In this document: piece by piece, positions 10,401 to 20,573 of the stretch
How the letters are laid out: the number at the start of each line of letters is the position of its first letter
Numbering within the stretch: the first letter of the stretch is position 1
Assembly (NCBI GenBank): GCA_963665815.1
Contig: OY762463.1
Location: 32,001-96,000, forward strand
Reading direction: 5' to 3'
Origin: Candidatus Cloacimonadales bacterium
Lineage (GTDB): Bacteria; Cloacimonadota; Cloacimonadia; Cloacimonadales; JAIOQZ01
DNA length: 64,000 bases
Position numbers and translations under genes: made by a program
Notes under the pieces: generated by a model
The model's database searches: none
What the model saw: the letters and a program-made list of their open reading frames with translations, nothing else
What the model was told of the DNA's origin: nothing

Positions 10401-11045
10401 CCTGTAAGCCTTGGAGAAGATTGTTCAGTTGCTCCACTTCTTGCCGATGTAAATGACGATGATCGTGTAGATGTTATTCAAATCTCAGAAGCCGGTAATG
10501 TTTATATCATTCAGAGCGATGGAACACTGCTGAATTCTGCTCCATTTCAGATTGGACTTGATAACATAACTTCGGGTACAATAACAGATATTGATTATGA
10601 TGGTGATTTCGAGTTGCTTTTCAATGTGGAGTCTGCTATTGCGGCAATCGACTTCAAGTATGCACTCGGTAGTAAAAGCCCCTGGATCCATTCAAGAGGT
10701 AACTTAAGAAGAACAGGTAATTTCGATGATAATGAGCTTGTTCCTGTTAATGAAGATGTGAATAAGTACAGTAAAACTGAGATAGCTAATTATCCCAATC
10801 CATTTAATCCTGAAACCACAATAAGCCTATCCCTGAAAGATGAGAAACTGAACTCTGTGAAGATATATAATATTAAAGGTCAACTTGTTACTACTCTCTG
10901 GGATGAACAGACAGATGCATCAGAAATGAAGGTTATCTGGAAAGGTGTTGATAGCAAAGACAAAGCTGTTGGTTCGGGAGTATATTTCTATAAAGTACAA
11001 ACAGATAAAAACGTTTATACGGAAAAAATGCTGTTACTCAAGTAG
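7440..11045 (+). CDS. C25 (gingipain-family) cysteine peptidase with FG-GAP-like repeats and C-terminal sorting domain
   Basis: Propeptide; YVILGGD, LGRIP, HDGHAN (His) and HGCHS (Cys); FADLNNDG repeats; NYPNPFNPETTI...SGVYFY tail. Confidence 0.88.
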   Translation: MNTKLRLVLILIIFTICGLNADISVNLDKYDISRIDSVEEFRPGKPAISFLPLKVLIPMGEKVTDIEIELSNHTDEFNYSLRHVNSIVPTDGRNYSSTSADEAVYSSNRFYPYTDFQNGGSHLLNGYKILLLNVYNEKYNPVEKTLRTFNQVNVTVYTESDRNVYSDENSMLLETAEKREQIKSMVVNPDQVSTYCKTNIERPPVLLDPLDPHAMIIITDVQRASWFDGFVQWKASKGINADVFTTESILAAYNGVDDQEKIREFIKDAYTTYSASTDPLRYVILGGDDEIIPVRYAWAAIDSTFSPEHVYDLVEDVPTDFYYSALDGSWNDDNDNDFGEPGDNPDMFPEVALGRIPCETQEEFNHFFNKLYHYVDVNTDGNDFVYLIGEDLDWTPQTWGGDSMDELAEMMPEEYHYVRLYEREGTYSQEAVVDALNFGPAIIFHDGHANSDYVLGIPSGAIANLENTQYGLIYTHGCHSAGFDELESGPEEAISEKLIFNEGGLFAYFGNTRYGWGELGTTNGGSQWYHRAFVDAIFADGIHELGWALQQSRIDLANQAVNIEVWRWIHYELVMFGDPSAELKMPQGIFPELIPENVQVVEETGDFDGIFNPGETVNIEFTLASSIERADADSVRVSVEFPDSVAEVLSEDVYIGGITAGSGADITGNSISVRILEETDIYDIDYKIVVDAAIVGGEYHKEYDQEFELSMMQSDWPKTLNYFCYNDPVILKVNNRRKIINISSGGEIIISGVYGNEESVIDLGEITYKNASFADLNNDGVTDVVVGVDDSLFAYSLNGQRLWAKGLSHDFNGTEYEAFLDSDPVIAHVTSTTEYNVVFSNIFGDLYCLDANGNEVISFPDFGNGRGKLTVSGFDNDGLNEIVYYINDVIHVFNNTGAELNSFPASQTNADAEMTVNNVYVYFYDGNGIKRVSMDGNVNNVIDLPECFIKEIAFGEMDNVSGDELVFTLENGDVYISDTAGQLLNGFPVSLGEDCSVAPLLADVNDDDRVDVIQISEAGNVYIIQSDGTLLNSAPFQIGLDNITSGTITDIDYDGDFELLFNVESAIAAIDFKYALGSKSPWIHSRGNLRRTGNFDDNELVPVNEDVNKYSKTEIANYPNPFNPETTISLSLKDEKLNSVKIYNIKGQLVTTLWDEQTDASEMKVIWKGVDSKDKAVGSGVYFYKVQTDKNVYTEKMLLLK

Positions 11046-11067
11046 TAACGGAGATTTATAAAACTAT

Positions 11068-11096
11068 AGGCCTGGTGATTATTCATCAGGCTTTTA
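11068..11096 (+). terminator. intrinsic terminator
   Basis: GCCTGGTGA-ttat-TCATCAGGC followed by TTTT. Confidence 0.6.
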
Positions 11097-11172
11097 TTGT
11101 TAGTAAGAAATATTGACAAAATAACTAAATCAGATTCATTTACATAATCAAATTCAATTGTTCGAGGTAATT

Positions 11173-11757
11173 ATGAGATTTCTTATTGTTATTATATTTG
11201 CATTGTCTTTAACAACCTGTGGCTATGATTTATCACAGTATCAGCACCTTAAAAATCCGGAAATCAAAGTAAAAACAGATCAGCCTGTAATTGTTTATAC
11301 GGTAAAAGGTGATCCCGGGGAATCCGGTAAAGAAGCATTTAAAGCACTTTTCTCAGCATTTTATGCACTTAAAGGAAAGCATAAAATTAAGTCTTCTGCT
11401 CCGATTGCAAGATGGTATGGGGATGTAAATGGTCCTAAAGACCAGTGGACAGGTGAGTTTGCATTAAAAATCAATGAATCTGTAAAGGAGATACCGGAAA
11501 AGATTATAAAGAAATATCCAAAGCTGGAACTGAAAGTCTGGACTTACGGAGAAACAGCTGAGATTCTTCATATTGGTGCTTACGACAATGAGACTGAAAC
11601 AATTAAAAGGCTGCATGAGTATATTGAAAAATCCGGTTATGAGATAAATGGGCAGCATGAAGAAGAGTACATAAAGGGACCGGGAATGTTCTTTAACGGA
11701 AATCCAGACAAGTACCAGACAATAATCAGATATCCTGTTAAGAAAATTGAGGATTGA
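11173..11757 (+). CDS. GyrI-like small-molecule-binding domain lipoprotein
   Basis: EILHIGAYDNE and HEEEY...TIIRYPV motifs; leader ending TTC. Confidence 0.75.
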   Translation: MRFLIVIIFALSLTTCGYDLSQYQHLKNPEIKVKTDQPVIVYTVKGDPGESGKEAFKALFSAFYALKGKHKIKSSAPIARWYGDVNGPKDQWTGEFALKINESVKEIPEKIIKKYPKLELKVWTYGETAEILHIGAYDNETETIKRLHEYIEKSGYEINGQHEEEYIKGPGMFFNGNPDKYQTIIRYPVKKIED

Positions 11758-11826
11758 CGAAATATTAAGTGCAAATCAATTAATAAAGATTATACTATAA
11801 TAATATATTACATAATGGAGATATTT

Positions 11827-12294
11827 ATGCAGAGAAAGATATTAGTAATCATACTGCTTTTCAGTTTAAGTTCAATTTTTGCACTGAATGGATTTACAAA
11901 TTTTGATAAAGCATACGAATCAGCTAAAGCAAATCATAAATACATGTTGATGATATTTCAGGGTTCGGACTGGTGCACATACTGTATGAGTACGGAAAAG
12001 AAAGTATGGAGTACAGAAGCTTTTGATAGTTTTGTAAAAGAGAACTGTGTCGTCATAAACGTAGATTTCCCAAAACTCAAAAAGAACAAACTTCCTGAAG
12101 AACAGCACGAGAAGAATAAGAAGTTATTCAAGGAATATAACTCAATCGGAGGAGTTCCACTCGCTGTACTTCTTGATGAAAACTGTAAAGTACTGGGATC
12201 AATCCCATATTCTGATTTCACTCCGGAAGAGTATATTAGTAAGCTGAAGTCATTCATGACAAAAAAGTCGGTAGAGTCTTCCGAAAAGAACTGA
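11827..12294 (+). CDS. exported thioredoxin-family protein
   Basis: Signal peptide; FQGSDWCTYC (CxxC); VDFP motif. Confidence 0.85.
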   Translation: MQRKILVIILLFSLSSIFALNGFTNFDKAYESAKANHKYMLMIFQGSDWCTYCMSTEKKVWSTEAFDSFVKENCVVINVDFPKLKKNKLPEEQHEKNKKLFKEYNSIGGVPLAVLLDENCKVLGSIPYSDFTPEEYISKLKSFMTKKSVESSEKN

Positions 12295-12299
12295 TCCTG

Positions 12300-13205
12300 A
12301 TGGGATGTCGGTTTGATATTACAGTTGTATCGGAAGATGAAGACGAAGCAGATAAGTATATTGAACTTGCAGTTGAAAGAATTCACAATATTGAAGATAT
12401 AATTTCTTCATGGGTTCCGGGTTCTCAGACTGCAGAGATTAATAAAAACGCAGGGATAAAACCGGTAATGGTTGATGATGAACTTTTCAGTTTGATTAAG
12501 CGATCTAAAGCAATCTCCGGAATAACTGATGGTGCTTTTGATATCAGTTATGCGTCTATGGACAAAATCTGGAAATTTGACGGAAGTATGAAATCAATGC
12601 CGTCGGAAGAAGAAATAGGAAACTCTGTTGAGAAAGTCGGATACGAGAATATTATTCTTGATGAAATTGATAAGAGTGTTTTTCTTAAGAAAAAAGGAAT
12701 GAAGATTAATTTCGGAGCAATTGGCAAAGGATATGCCGCGGATCAGGCTAAAGCTCTGTTAATAGAACATGGAGTAAAAGCCGGTATTATCAATGCATCC
12801 GGAGATCTCTCTGCCTGGGGAAAACAACCTGATGGCAGCAGCTGGACGGTTGCCATTACTAACCCGTTGAACAAAAATAAACAGTTCGCTGTTTTACCAG
12901 TGGACAACAGAGCAATTGTTACGTCCGGTGATTATGAAAGATATGTTGAGTTTGACGGAAAGAGATACTCACATATAATTGATCCGAGAACTGGTTATCC
13001 TGCAACCGGAATTGTGAGTGTAAGTGTTATTGCCGATGATGCTGAACTTGCTGATGCTCTTGCAACAGCCATATTCGTTATGGGAAAAGATGCCGGGATT
13101 GACAGGATCAATCAGCTTGATAATGTAGACTGTATAATTGTAGATGATAAGGGAAATGTGTTTCATTCCAAAAACATAAGGATAAATGAAGATGAAAAGT
13201 TTTAG
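12300..13205 (+). CDS. apbE: FAD:protein FMN transferase (frame open from 12243; see findings)
   Basis: MGCRF, GAFDIS, GAIGKGYAAD, TSGDYER, HIIDPRTG and ADALATA motifs. Confidence 0.92.
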   Translation: MGCRFDITVVSEDEDEADKYIELAVERIHNIEDIISSWVPGSQTAEINKNAGIKPVMVDDELFSLIKRSKAISGITDGAFDISYASMDKIWKFDGSMKSMPSEEEIGNSVEKVGYENIILDEIDKSVFLKKKGMKINFGAIGKGYAADQAKALLIEHGVKAGIINASGDLSAWGKQPDGSSWTVAITNPLNKNKQFAVLPVDNRAIVTSGDYERYVEFDGKRYSHIIDPRTGYPATGIVSVSVIADDAELADALATAIFVMGKDAGIDRINQLDNVDCIIVDDKGNVFHSKNIRINEDEKF

Positions 13206-13404
13206 AGTAGTAATATTTCTGGCACTGGTTTTTGTAGTTTCCTGTGCTAATGTACAAGGCTTTGAGAAGATGAGACTCAATGATGAAGATATGAGTCTGT
13301 CTGAAAGAGACAGTAAAAAGTTCGAGACAACTTTCCAGACATACAGAGAAGGTTCTTCTGGTGCTAATGGAGGAAAATCCGGAGGTGGCTGTGGATGTAA
13401 CTAA
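13192..13404 (+). CDS. DUF4266-like small lipoprotein
   Basis: Lipobox VSC; YREG...GGKSGGGCGCN C-terminus; usual position after apbE. Confidence 0.85.
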   Translation: MKSFRVVIFLALVFVVSCANVQGFEKMRLNDEDMSLSERDSKKFETTFQTYREGSSGANGGKSGGGCGCN

Positions 13405-14836
13405 ACAAACTTTATTGTTGATTTTTCTTTTGATTTCGACTTTCTGCATAAGTATGGAAATAGCTTCGGGTCCCGGGACAGGTTACAAAAAAAGAGTTCT
13501 GGATAAAGCAGAAGTTTCCATACTTACAAGCTATTACTCTCAGGATGGAGATAATGCTGCAGTAACCGGAGGTCTTGGAAATGAAGAGCTTACGAATTCA
13601 GCTACAAATATTAATATATCTATTCCGGTAAAGGAAGATAACATTCTCAAGATTGATGCGACTGTTTCAGCTTATACCTCCGCATCATCAAGTAACCTGA
13701 ATCCATTCAGTTCGGCTTCAGCCGGGGGGACTCCCAGTGCTGTTTCTACTGTAAAAGGCAGTCCATGGGTTGAGTCTACAGGAGCTTCCAAAAGTGATGT
13801 CTGGATTAACACAAAGCTGGATTACAGTCATTATAACGATAAAAGGACAGGAATTTTTTCTGCAAATGCGAGCTACTCAAATGAATTTGATTATACATCT
13901 TTCGGATTCGGAGGAAGTTTCACCGGATTTTATAATGACAAGAATACGGAGTTTGATCTTAAACTGAATATGTTTCTTGATAAATGGCGTCCTAAACAGC
14001 CTAAAGAATTATCAAGATATTTCCAGTACAGCGGAGACCTTAATGCCGGTCATTTTGAAAATGTACTAATCTATGACAGTAACGGAAATGCAACAGATAA
14101 AACGAGTATCAATACCTGGAAGCCGATGACGGATAAAATGCTTGAAAGTGAGGATCGTAACAGTTTTTCAATGTCTATCAGGCTGTCTCAGATGATAAAT
14201 ACCAATTCACAAGTATCCTTTTTTTCTGATTTCGTATTGCAGAAGGGGTGGTTAGCTAATCCAATGCAAAGAGTATATTTTGCTGACAGAGAGAATTATT
14301 TCATAGGTGAACCGGAATATATTGATGAGTATGATTCGAAGTCTAATACCGGAGTATTTCATCTTGCTGATGATTATGAAAGACTACCTGATGACAGGTA
14401 CAAGTATCCTGTAGGAATGCGATACAGTCATTACCTTAATGATTATTTTATATTAAAGCTGTACTATAGATTCTATCAAGATTCATGGGAACTAAAGTCT
14501 CATACTGCAAGTATAGAAGTACCGGTGAAGCTTACATCAAGTTTGACAATCTATCCCGGTTACAGATACTACTCTCAAACATCGGCTAAGTATTTTGCCG
14601 CATATGATTCGCATTTATCAACGGATGAATTTTATACATCTGATAATGACCTTTCAGAATTCAGCTCCTATCAGTTGAGTTTAGGAGTTAAACTGTATGA
14701 TATGGTAACGACGAAGTATTTCTGGGTATTTGGCTATAAAAATATACAGATGAATTACAGTTATTATAAACGTGATACAGGATTTGAAGCTTTTATTGTA
14801 TCACTGGGAACTCAATTACAGATAACGAAGAAATAG
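13385..14836 (+). CDS. DUF3570-like outer-membrane protein
   Basis: SYYSQDG...AVTGG, YTSASS, ERLPD, YYRFYQDSW motifs; follows DUF4266; GTG start uncertain. Confidence 0.8.
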   Translation: MAVDVTKQTLLLIFLLISTFCISMEIASGPGTGYKKRVLDKAEVSILTSYYSQDGDNAAVTGGLGNEELTNSATNINISIPVKEDNILKIDATVSAYTSASSSNLNPFSSASAGGTPSAVSTVKGSPWVESTGASKSDVWINTKLDYSHYNDKRTGIFSANASYSNEFDYTSFGFGGSFTGFYNDKNTEFDLKLNMFLDKWRPKQPKELSRYFQYSGDLNAGHFENVLIYDSNGNATDKTSINTWKPMTDKMLESEDRNSFSMSIRLSQMINTNSQVSFFSDFVLQKGWLANPMQRVYFADRENYFIGEPEYIDEYDSKSNTGVFHLADDYERLPDDRYKYPVGMRYSHYLNDYFILKLYYRFYQDSWELKSHTASIEVPVKLTSSLTIYPGYRYYSQTSAKYFAAYDSHLSTDEFYTSDNDLSEFSSYQLSLGVKLYDMVTTKYFWVFGYKNIQMNYSYYKRDTGFEAFIVSLGTQLQITKK

Positions 14837-14895
14837 ACTTATCATGTTCTTATTTTGATGAGTTGGTTAAACAATATTGATTAGAGAAACAAACA

Positions 14896-17337
14896 ATGAT
14901 TAATACCAGGTGTAAACTTAAACTGGAAGATATCCAATTTAAACTGTTTCTGGAAGAAATTTCAGAGGTAATATCTACTGCAGATATGAATGGGAATATA
15001 ATTTTCTTGAATAAAGCAGGTCTTAAAATTCTTCAGTATGAAGAAAATGATATTGATGATCTGTGTATAGAGGAACTTCACCCCAAAGATACATACAAAT
15101 TTTTAAAAGAAGTAGCTCTTCCTGCTACAATTGAGAGTGGATCCTGGAAAGGTGAAACAAAACTGCTTCGTAAAGATGGGAAAGAAATAGATGTATTACA
15201 GGTGATTGTTGCACATAGAAATGATGATGGAGAGCTGGAATATCTTTCTACAATTCTTAAGGATATCAGTGAAGAAAAACAAATTGCGAAGAATCTGCAT
15301 GACAGTGAAGAATATAGAAAAATGCTGTTTAGTCAGACGTATGCACCAAATGTTATAATCGATCCTTCAAGAATGTGTGTTGTTGAGTGTAATGAAGCTG
15401 CAGCAAAGGTTTTTGGTTTCACTGATAAGGAAGATTTAAAGAAGACATCAATTCTTGATGTATCTGATATTGGAGATAGTGATAGTACTGAAATTGAATT
15501 TGAAGCAGTCAGAAAGATAGAGCAGGCAATAAAAGAAGGTGAAAGCTATTTCACGTGGAAGCTTAAAAAAGCTGATGGAACTCCATGGGTTGCAGATATT
15601 CATTTAATTGCTCTTCCCTGGGGAGAGAAAACATTATTACAAGCATTTGTAAAAGATATCACAGAAGCCCTGAATATTGAGAATGAGAAAAAGGTTATTA
15701 ATGAGATTAACAAAATCTTTGTTTCAACTGATAACTATAAGGTAGTGTTAGATAGAATATTACATACAATGATGGATTTTTTTGATGCTGACAGAATCTG
15801 GTTGTTGAATCCACATGATCTTGATAATAACATTTTCGAAATACCTATGGTTGTCTGTAAGCCAGAATGGGTTGGTCCCTATGATATGAAAGGTCCTTTT
15901 AATGTTTCAGATGAAGCAAAAAAACACATAGAAATGGTTTTACATTCAGAATATGCATTGATTCAAAATCAAAATACTGCTATAAAAATCCCTGATGAAA
16001 TTGTGAGATCATTAGGTGCCAAATCAGAAATTCTAAAAAAAATGCCATTTACTGTCGGATATCCATGGGTAATTGGTATGCACTTTTGCGAATTTGACAA
16101 ACATTGGACGATGTCAGAGCAAAAGTTTTTTGAAGAGTTAGCAAATACAGTTGCTCATGGTCTAAGTAGTTGGTTGCTAAACATGGAATTACAGGATTCA
16201 AAAGAGTATATAGACAGGATTCTTGATTCAATGCCGTCAATTATTATTGGAATTGATGAGAGATTACGTATTACTCATTGGAATGAAGTAGCTATTGACA
16301 AAATCGGTTTTACTGCTCAAGATGTTATTGGAGAAGTAGTATATGATGTTGTTCCTTTGTTTTCAGTTAGTGCAGAAGAGATAAATGAGGCAATCACAAC
16401 AAAAAAAACTATCAAACGTAACCGAGAAAAAAGAGTTTTGGGAGAATACACAGCATATATGGATACTATTATATATCCTGTTAAAACAGAGAAACTTAAT
16501 GGGGCTGTTATTCGTATTGATGATGTAACTGAAAAAGTAAAGCTTCAGGAAAGTGCAATAAAAGCAGATAAGATGGCTGCTATCAATGGTCTTGCAGCAG
16601 GAATAGCTCATGAAATTAAGAATCCTCTTGCAGGTGTAATGCAGACTATGCAGGTTATGGAAAACAGATTGAAATTAGATTCTCCAAAGAATAAAGAAAT
16701 TGCAGAAACAGCCGGACTCAGCATGGAAGCACTAAGAAAATATATAAGTTTGAGGAAGATTGACATTATGATGAATTCTGTGAAAGTGTCTGGTAAGAGA
16801 GCTGATTCGATAATAAACAATATGTTGAATTTTACTCAGACAGATATGGATCGCAAATCGCAGAACAGCGTCAAGGACATACTTGAAGATGCTGTTGAGC
16901 TGGCTTCAAATGACTATGTTTTGAAAACCAGATATGATTTTCATAAGATTCATATTGTCAGAAATTATGAAGAAGTGCCCTATATTAATTGTGAACCTGT
17001 AAAACTGAAGGTTGCTTTCTTTAATCTTTTGAAGAATGGTACTGAGGCTATGTCTAAAAAGAACTATAAAGATGGGGATCACCCAGAGTTTGTTTTTTCA
17101 ATAAAAAATAAAGACAGTTACATTGAAATAGGAATTGAAGATAATGGTAAAGGTATAATAGAGAACAATCTGAAACAGATATTCAATCCGTTTTATTCTA
17201 CAAAACCTGAAGTGTATGGTACTGGACTAAGTCTTCCAATTTCTTATTTCATTATTAGGAATTATCATGACGGAGATATGACAGTTGATTCAATAGAAGG
17301 GGAATGGGCGAGATTTACAATAAGGCTTCCGATTTAG
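14896..17337 (+). CDS. cytoplasmic PAS/GAF sensor histidine kinase
   Basis: Several PAS/PAC repeats; GIAHEIKNPL H-box; NLLKNG, EDNGKG, FNPFYSTK and GTGL boxes. Confidence 0.9.
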   Translation: MINTRCKLKLEDIQFKLFLEEISEVISTADMNGNIIFLNKAGLKILQYEENDIDDLCIEELHPKDTYKFLKEVALPATIESGSWKGETKLLRKDGKEIDVLQVIVAHRNDDGELEYLSTILKDISEEKQIAKNLHDSEEYRKMLFSQTYAPNVIIDPSRMCVVECNEAAAKVFGFTDKEDLKKTSILDVSDIGDSDSTEIEFEAVRKIEQAIKEGESYFTWKLKKADGTPWVADIHLIALPWGEKTLLQAFVKDITEALNIENEKKVINEINKIFVSTDNYKVVLDRILHTMMDFFDADRIWLLNPHDLDNNIFEIPMVVCKPEWVGPYDMKGPFNVSDEAKKHIEMVLHSEYALIQNQNTAIKIPDEIVRSLGAKSEILKKMPFTVGYPWVIGMHFCEFDKHWTMSEQKFFEELANTVAHGLSSWLLNMELQDSKEYIDRILDSMPSIIIGIDERLRITHWNEVAIDKIGFTAQDVIGEVVYDVVPLFSVSAEEINEAITTKKTIKRNREKRVLGEYTAYMDTIIYPVKTEKLNGAVIRIDDVTEKVKLQESAIKADKMAAINGLAAGIAHEIKNPLAGVMQTMQVMENRLKLDSPKNKEIAETAGLSMEALRKYISLRKIDIMMNSVKVSGKRADSIINNMLNFTQTDMDRKSQNSVKDILEDAVELASNDYVLKTRYDFHKIHIVRNYEEVPYINCEPVKLKVAFFNLLKNGTEAMSKKNYKDGDHPEFVFSIKNKDSYIEIGIEDNGKGIIENNLKQIFNPFYSTKPEVYGTGLSLPISYFIIRNYHDGDMTVDSIEGEWARFTIRLPI

Positions 17338-17354
17338 CAGAGAGATTGTGTTTG

Positions 17355-17975
17355 TTATAAAACTCGGATTATTCCAATAAGAACTGAGGCTGTTCTTGAT
17401 TTTGCTTTAATATCTTCACCGAAAGTCGGACTATTCAAATCTGTCAGCCCAAGATCATATATGAATTCAATCTTGAAGAACTCATTGATATAAAAACCTG
17501 ATGAAAACACGGCACTGAGTTCAAGCAAGGAAACATTGTCCAGATCACCATCACCTTTTTCACCATCTTCTTTTTTATATTCATACTTGGAGGATATTTT
17601 GAAATTAGTACTGATTCCTGCACCGATAAAGAAGTTTGTTTCTTCATCTCTCGAAGATGTAAGCTTGAACTGAAGAGGTAACGTTATGTAGTTGTAGGTA
17701 TTAGTCTGGTCATAAAAAATATCGTCAGATTCAAAATATCTTTTCTGCTTGTAACCCTTTTTAGAAAAATTTACACCAAAACTCCAGGCAGTATTGTCCG
17801 AAATGGGTTTGTCCAAAAAAATTCCAAACATGTAGCCGTTAATTGATTCCGGATCTTCACCCTGATCAACTTTCATTGTTGCGAAATTCATTCCACCATG
17901 AATACCTTCATAGAATTCATCAGAAAAGAGAATACAGGCTGATATCAGAATAAGAAATATTATCAATCTTTTCAT
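17355..17975 (-). CDS. outer-membrane beta-barrel (porin-family/PorT-like) protein
   Basis: Signal peptide; GIHGGMN, FSKKG, YITLPL, YDLGLTD pattern. Confidence 0.75.
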   Translation of the reverse strand: MKRLIIFLILISACILFSDEFYEGIHGGMNFATMKVDQGEDPESINGYMFGIFLDKPISDNTAWSFGVNFSKKGYKQKRYFESDDIFYDQTNTYNYITLPLQFKLTSSRDEETNFFIGAGISTNFKISSKYEYKKEDGEKGDGDLDNVSLLELSAVFSSGFYINEFFKIEFIYDLGLTDLNSPTFGEDIKAKSRTASVLIGIIRVL

Positions 17976-18228
17976 AAGTTAAACTCCTGAAAAAGATTAT
18001 AGATATACCATGAGTATGAGTCAAGCAAAATAGTTGAATTAGAATATATTTTGCACTGAGAGTACTAAAAAGAAATGCAGGTAGTTGAGCTACCTGCTTA
18101 TAACAAAGCAATTTTTTATTCTATTATTTTTATGAACTTTATTCAGGATAGTTCATCACTGATTTTATACATTTTTATGCTTATGTGAAATCAATAATAA
18201 ATCTAAGCTGTAAATGGGCAAGAGACTC

Positions 18229-18834
18229 TTAAGAGTCAATGACAACTCCCAAAGTTATCATGATAGTGCGTGTTTTTATCTCAACAGGATTTTCTTCATC
18301 AGAATCATTAACATCTGTTAAGCCAATATCGTACATTATTTCGAATTTGTATTTGTTTTTAATATATGCTCCAACAGAAAGAATGCTGCTCATTTCGAAA
18401 ACTGAAACATCAGTAATATCTCCTTTTTCATCATTATTGCTCTTATCTACATATCTACCGCTCATGATAAGACTTCCGCATAAACCACCTCCAATAAACA
18501 GTCTGTAGTCATTTGAAACAGATCTGGAAATCCTGTATTGAACAGGAAGTGAGAACATGTGATAAGTGTTTTTTCTATTGTGCCTGTATCTTTTTTTAAC
18601 AACACTTCCTTTTTGAGTATAATTTACACCCAGTACTACAGATGAGTTCCTGTGAAGGTAAAAATCGCTGAATACGCCAAGACAGTAGCCGGATTGTGGA
18701 TCGCTAGATCCCCCGGGTGTTAATCTGGCTGAAGCAATATTCAATCCTGCGTGAGCACCAAAGATTATGTTTTCAGCGTGGAGAATTGTAAAGCTTGTAA
18801 TTATGAATATAAAAATTACTAATGTCCTTTTCAT
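18229..18834 (-). CDS. outer-membrane beta-barrel protein, paralogue of 17355-17975
   Basis: Start at MKRTLV; GAHAGLN, YTQKG and YDIGLTD pattern. Confidence 0.75.
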   Translation of the reverse strand: MKRTLVIFIFIITSFTILHAENIIFGAHAGLNIASARLTPGGSSDPQSGYCLGVFSDFYLHRNSSVVLGVNYTQKGSVVKKRYRHNRKNTYHMFSLPVQYRISRSVSNDYRLFIGGGLCGSLIMSGRYVDKSNNDEKGDITDVSVFEMSSILSVGAYIKNKYKFEIMYDIGLTDVNDSDEENPVEIKTRTIMITLGVVIDS

Positions 18835-19036
18835 GTGTGTTTTCCTTTTTTCATGAGAGTTTAATATAATTCTCAATTATGTGCTTTTATTGTCAATATT
18901 TTTGCTGAATGATCATTAAAATAACATTCTCGAAAATTAATAACTTTATTCAGGAAACAGATTGACATGAAATGGCATTGCAATTCTCTTAACAATATGT
19001 TTTAATGTGAGAGAATTTTAAATTCAAGCAGGTATT

Positions 19037-20371
19037 ATGAATCAGACTTTACAAAGGACGTTACCACAGGATATTAATGCTGAAGCCGCTGTGCTTTCTG
19101 CAATGATGATAGATACATACACGGTCTCTAAAGCTATTGAAGCTCTTGGAGAAGAGCACTTCTATAAAACTGCTCACAAACTGATCTACAGAGCTGTATC
19201 CTCTCTTTATGAAGATGGTATTGAGATTGATATTATTACTCTTATAGATCGGCTCAAGATGCAGAATAACTTGGAAAAAGTTGGCGGAGCAGTTTATATA
19301 AACGAGCTTTCCGATGTTGTTCTCAGTGGAGCAAATCTGTCTTATCACCTTGATATCATGTTATCAAAGGCGCATCTCAGGCAACTGATAGAAACATCCA
19401 ACCAGATTATAGAATCTGCATACAATGCAGAGAAAGATGTTGATGAAATTGTTGACGAAGCAGAGCAGGCGATATTCAAAATAGCAGAACATTCTAACAT
19501 GAAGTCCTTTGTGAAAGTTGCTGATATTATCCCTGAAACACTGCACATGATTGAGGAAGTTGCAACGTTGAAGAAATCAGTTGTTGGAATTCCAACCGGA
19601 TTTGCCGATCTGGACAGACGACTTGGTGGATTCCGTCCGGGACAATTAGTTGTACTAGCTGCAAGACCTGCTATGGGAAAAACATCTTTTGCATTGAATA
19701 TAGGTTTTTATGCTGCAATGTACCACAATATGAACGTTGCTTTCTTTACTCTTGAGATGACAGCCGATGAACTTCTGATGCGTATATTCAGTTCTGCAGC
19801 GGAAGTAAGTATGGATAATATGCTGAAGGGTTATGGAATGAACTCCGAGAAGATCAACAGGATTATTCAGGTTGGTGAAGCATTAAACGAAAAAAACATA
19901 TATATAGATGATTCAGGTTCTAACTCTGCTCTGGATATCAGAGCTAAATCAAGAAGGCTTAAAGCTGAATTGAAAGGGCTTGACCTGATCATTATAGATT
20001 ACCTCCAGCTTATGAACGGATCAAAAAGAACCGATAGTCGTCAACAGGAGATTTCAGAGATTTCCAGAGCTCTCAAGGTTTTGGCAAAGGAACTGGAATT
20101 GCCGGTGATTGCTCTATCTCAGCTTAATCGTGGATTGGAGTCCAGACCGGATAAACGCCCGATTCTTTCTGACTTGAGAGAATCCGGTGCGATTGAGCAG
20201 GATGCTGATATTGTGATGTTCATATATAGGGATGAATATTACAATGCCGATTCTGAAAAACCGGGTGTTGCTGAAATCATTGTAAGTAAAAACAGACACG
20301 GACCTACCGGTTCAAATGATCTGAGATTCATTGGAGAATATACTTCTTTCAGAAATCTTGAAGAATATTAG
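19037..20371 (+). CDS. dnaB: replicative DNA helicase
   Basis: PQDINAE, AARPAMGKT, IDYLQLM, ALSQLNR, DLRESGAIEQDAD and KNRHGPTG motifs. Confidence 0.98.
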   Translation: MNQTLQRTLPQDINAEAAVLSAMMIDTYTVSKAIEALGEEHFYKTAHKLIYRAVSSLYEDGIEIDIITLIDRLKMQNNLEKVGGAVYINELSDVVLSGANLSYHLDIMLSKAHLRQLIETSNQIIESAYNAEKDVDEIVDEAEQAIFKIAEHSNMKSFVKVADIIPETLHMIEEVATLKKSVVGIPTGFADLDRRLGGFRPGQLVVLAARPAMGKTSFALNIGFYAAMYHNMNVAFFTLEMTADELLMRIFSSAAEVSMDNMLKGYGMNSEKINRIIQVGEALNEKNIYIDDSGSNSALDIRAKSRRLKAELKGLDLIIIDYLQLMNGSKRTDSRQQEISEISRALKVLAKELELPVIALSQLNRGLESRPDKRPILSDLRESGAIEQDADIVMFIYRDEYYNADSEKPGVAEIIVSKNRHGPTGSNDLRFIGEYTSFRNLEEY

Positions 20372-20573
20372 AAGAGATTTGAATAATGGCAGTGCTATAA
20401 AGCTCCAGGGAAAAGTATAGATAAGATTTTCGAGTTCATCATACAAGTTTTTCTTTAGAAATTGTTTTTAACAGAATTAGATGAAGTTTAAAATCGAATC
20501 AACTTGTATTTTGAGTGAATATTGGATAAGGCTATGTCAAATATTAAAATATAATTAGAAGAGAATAAAATAA

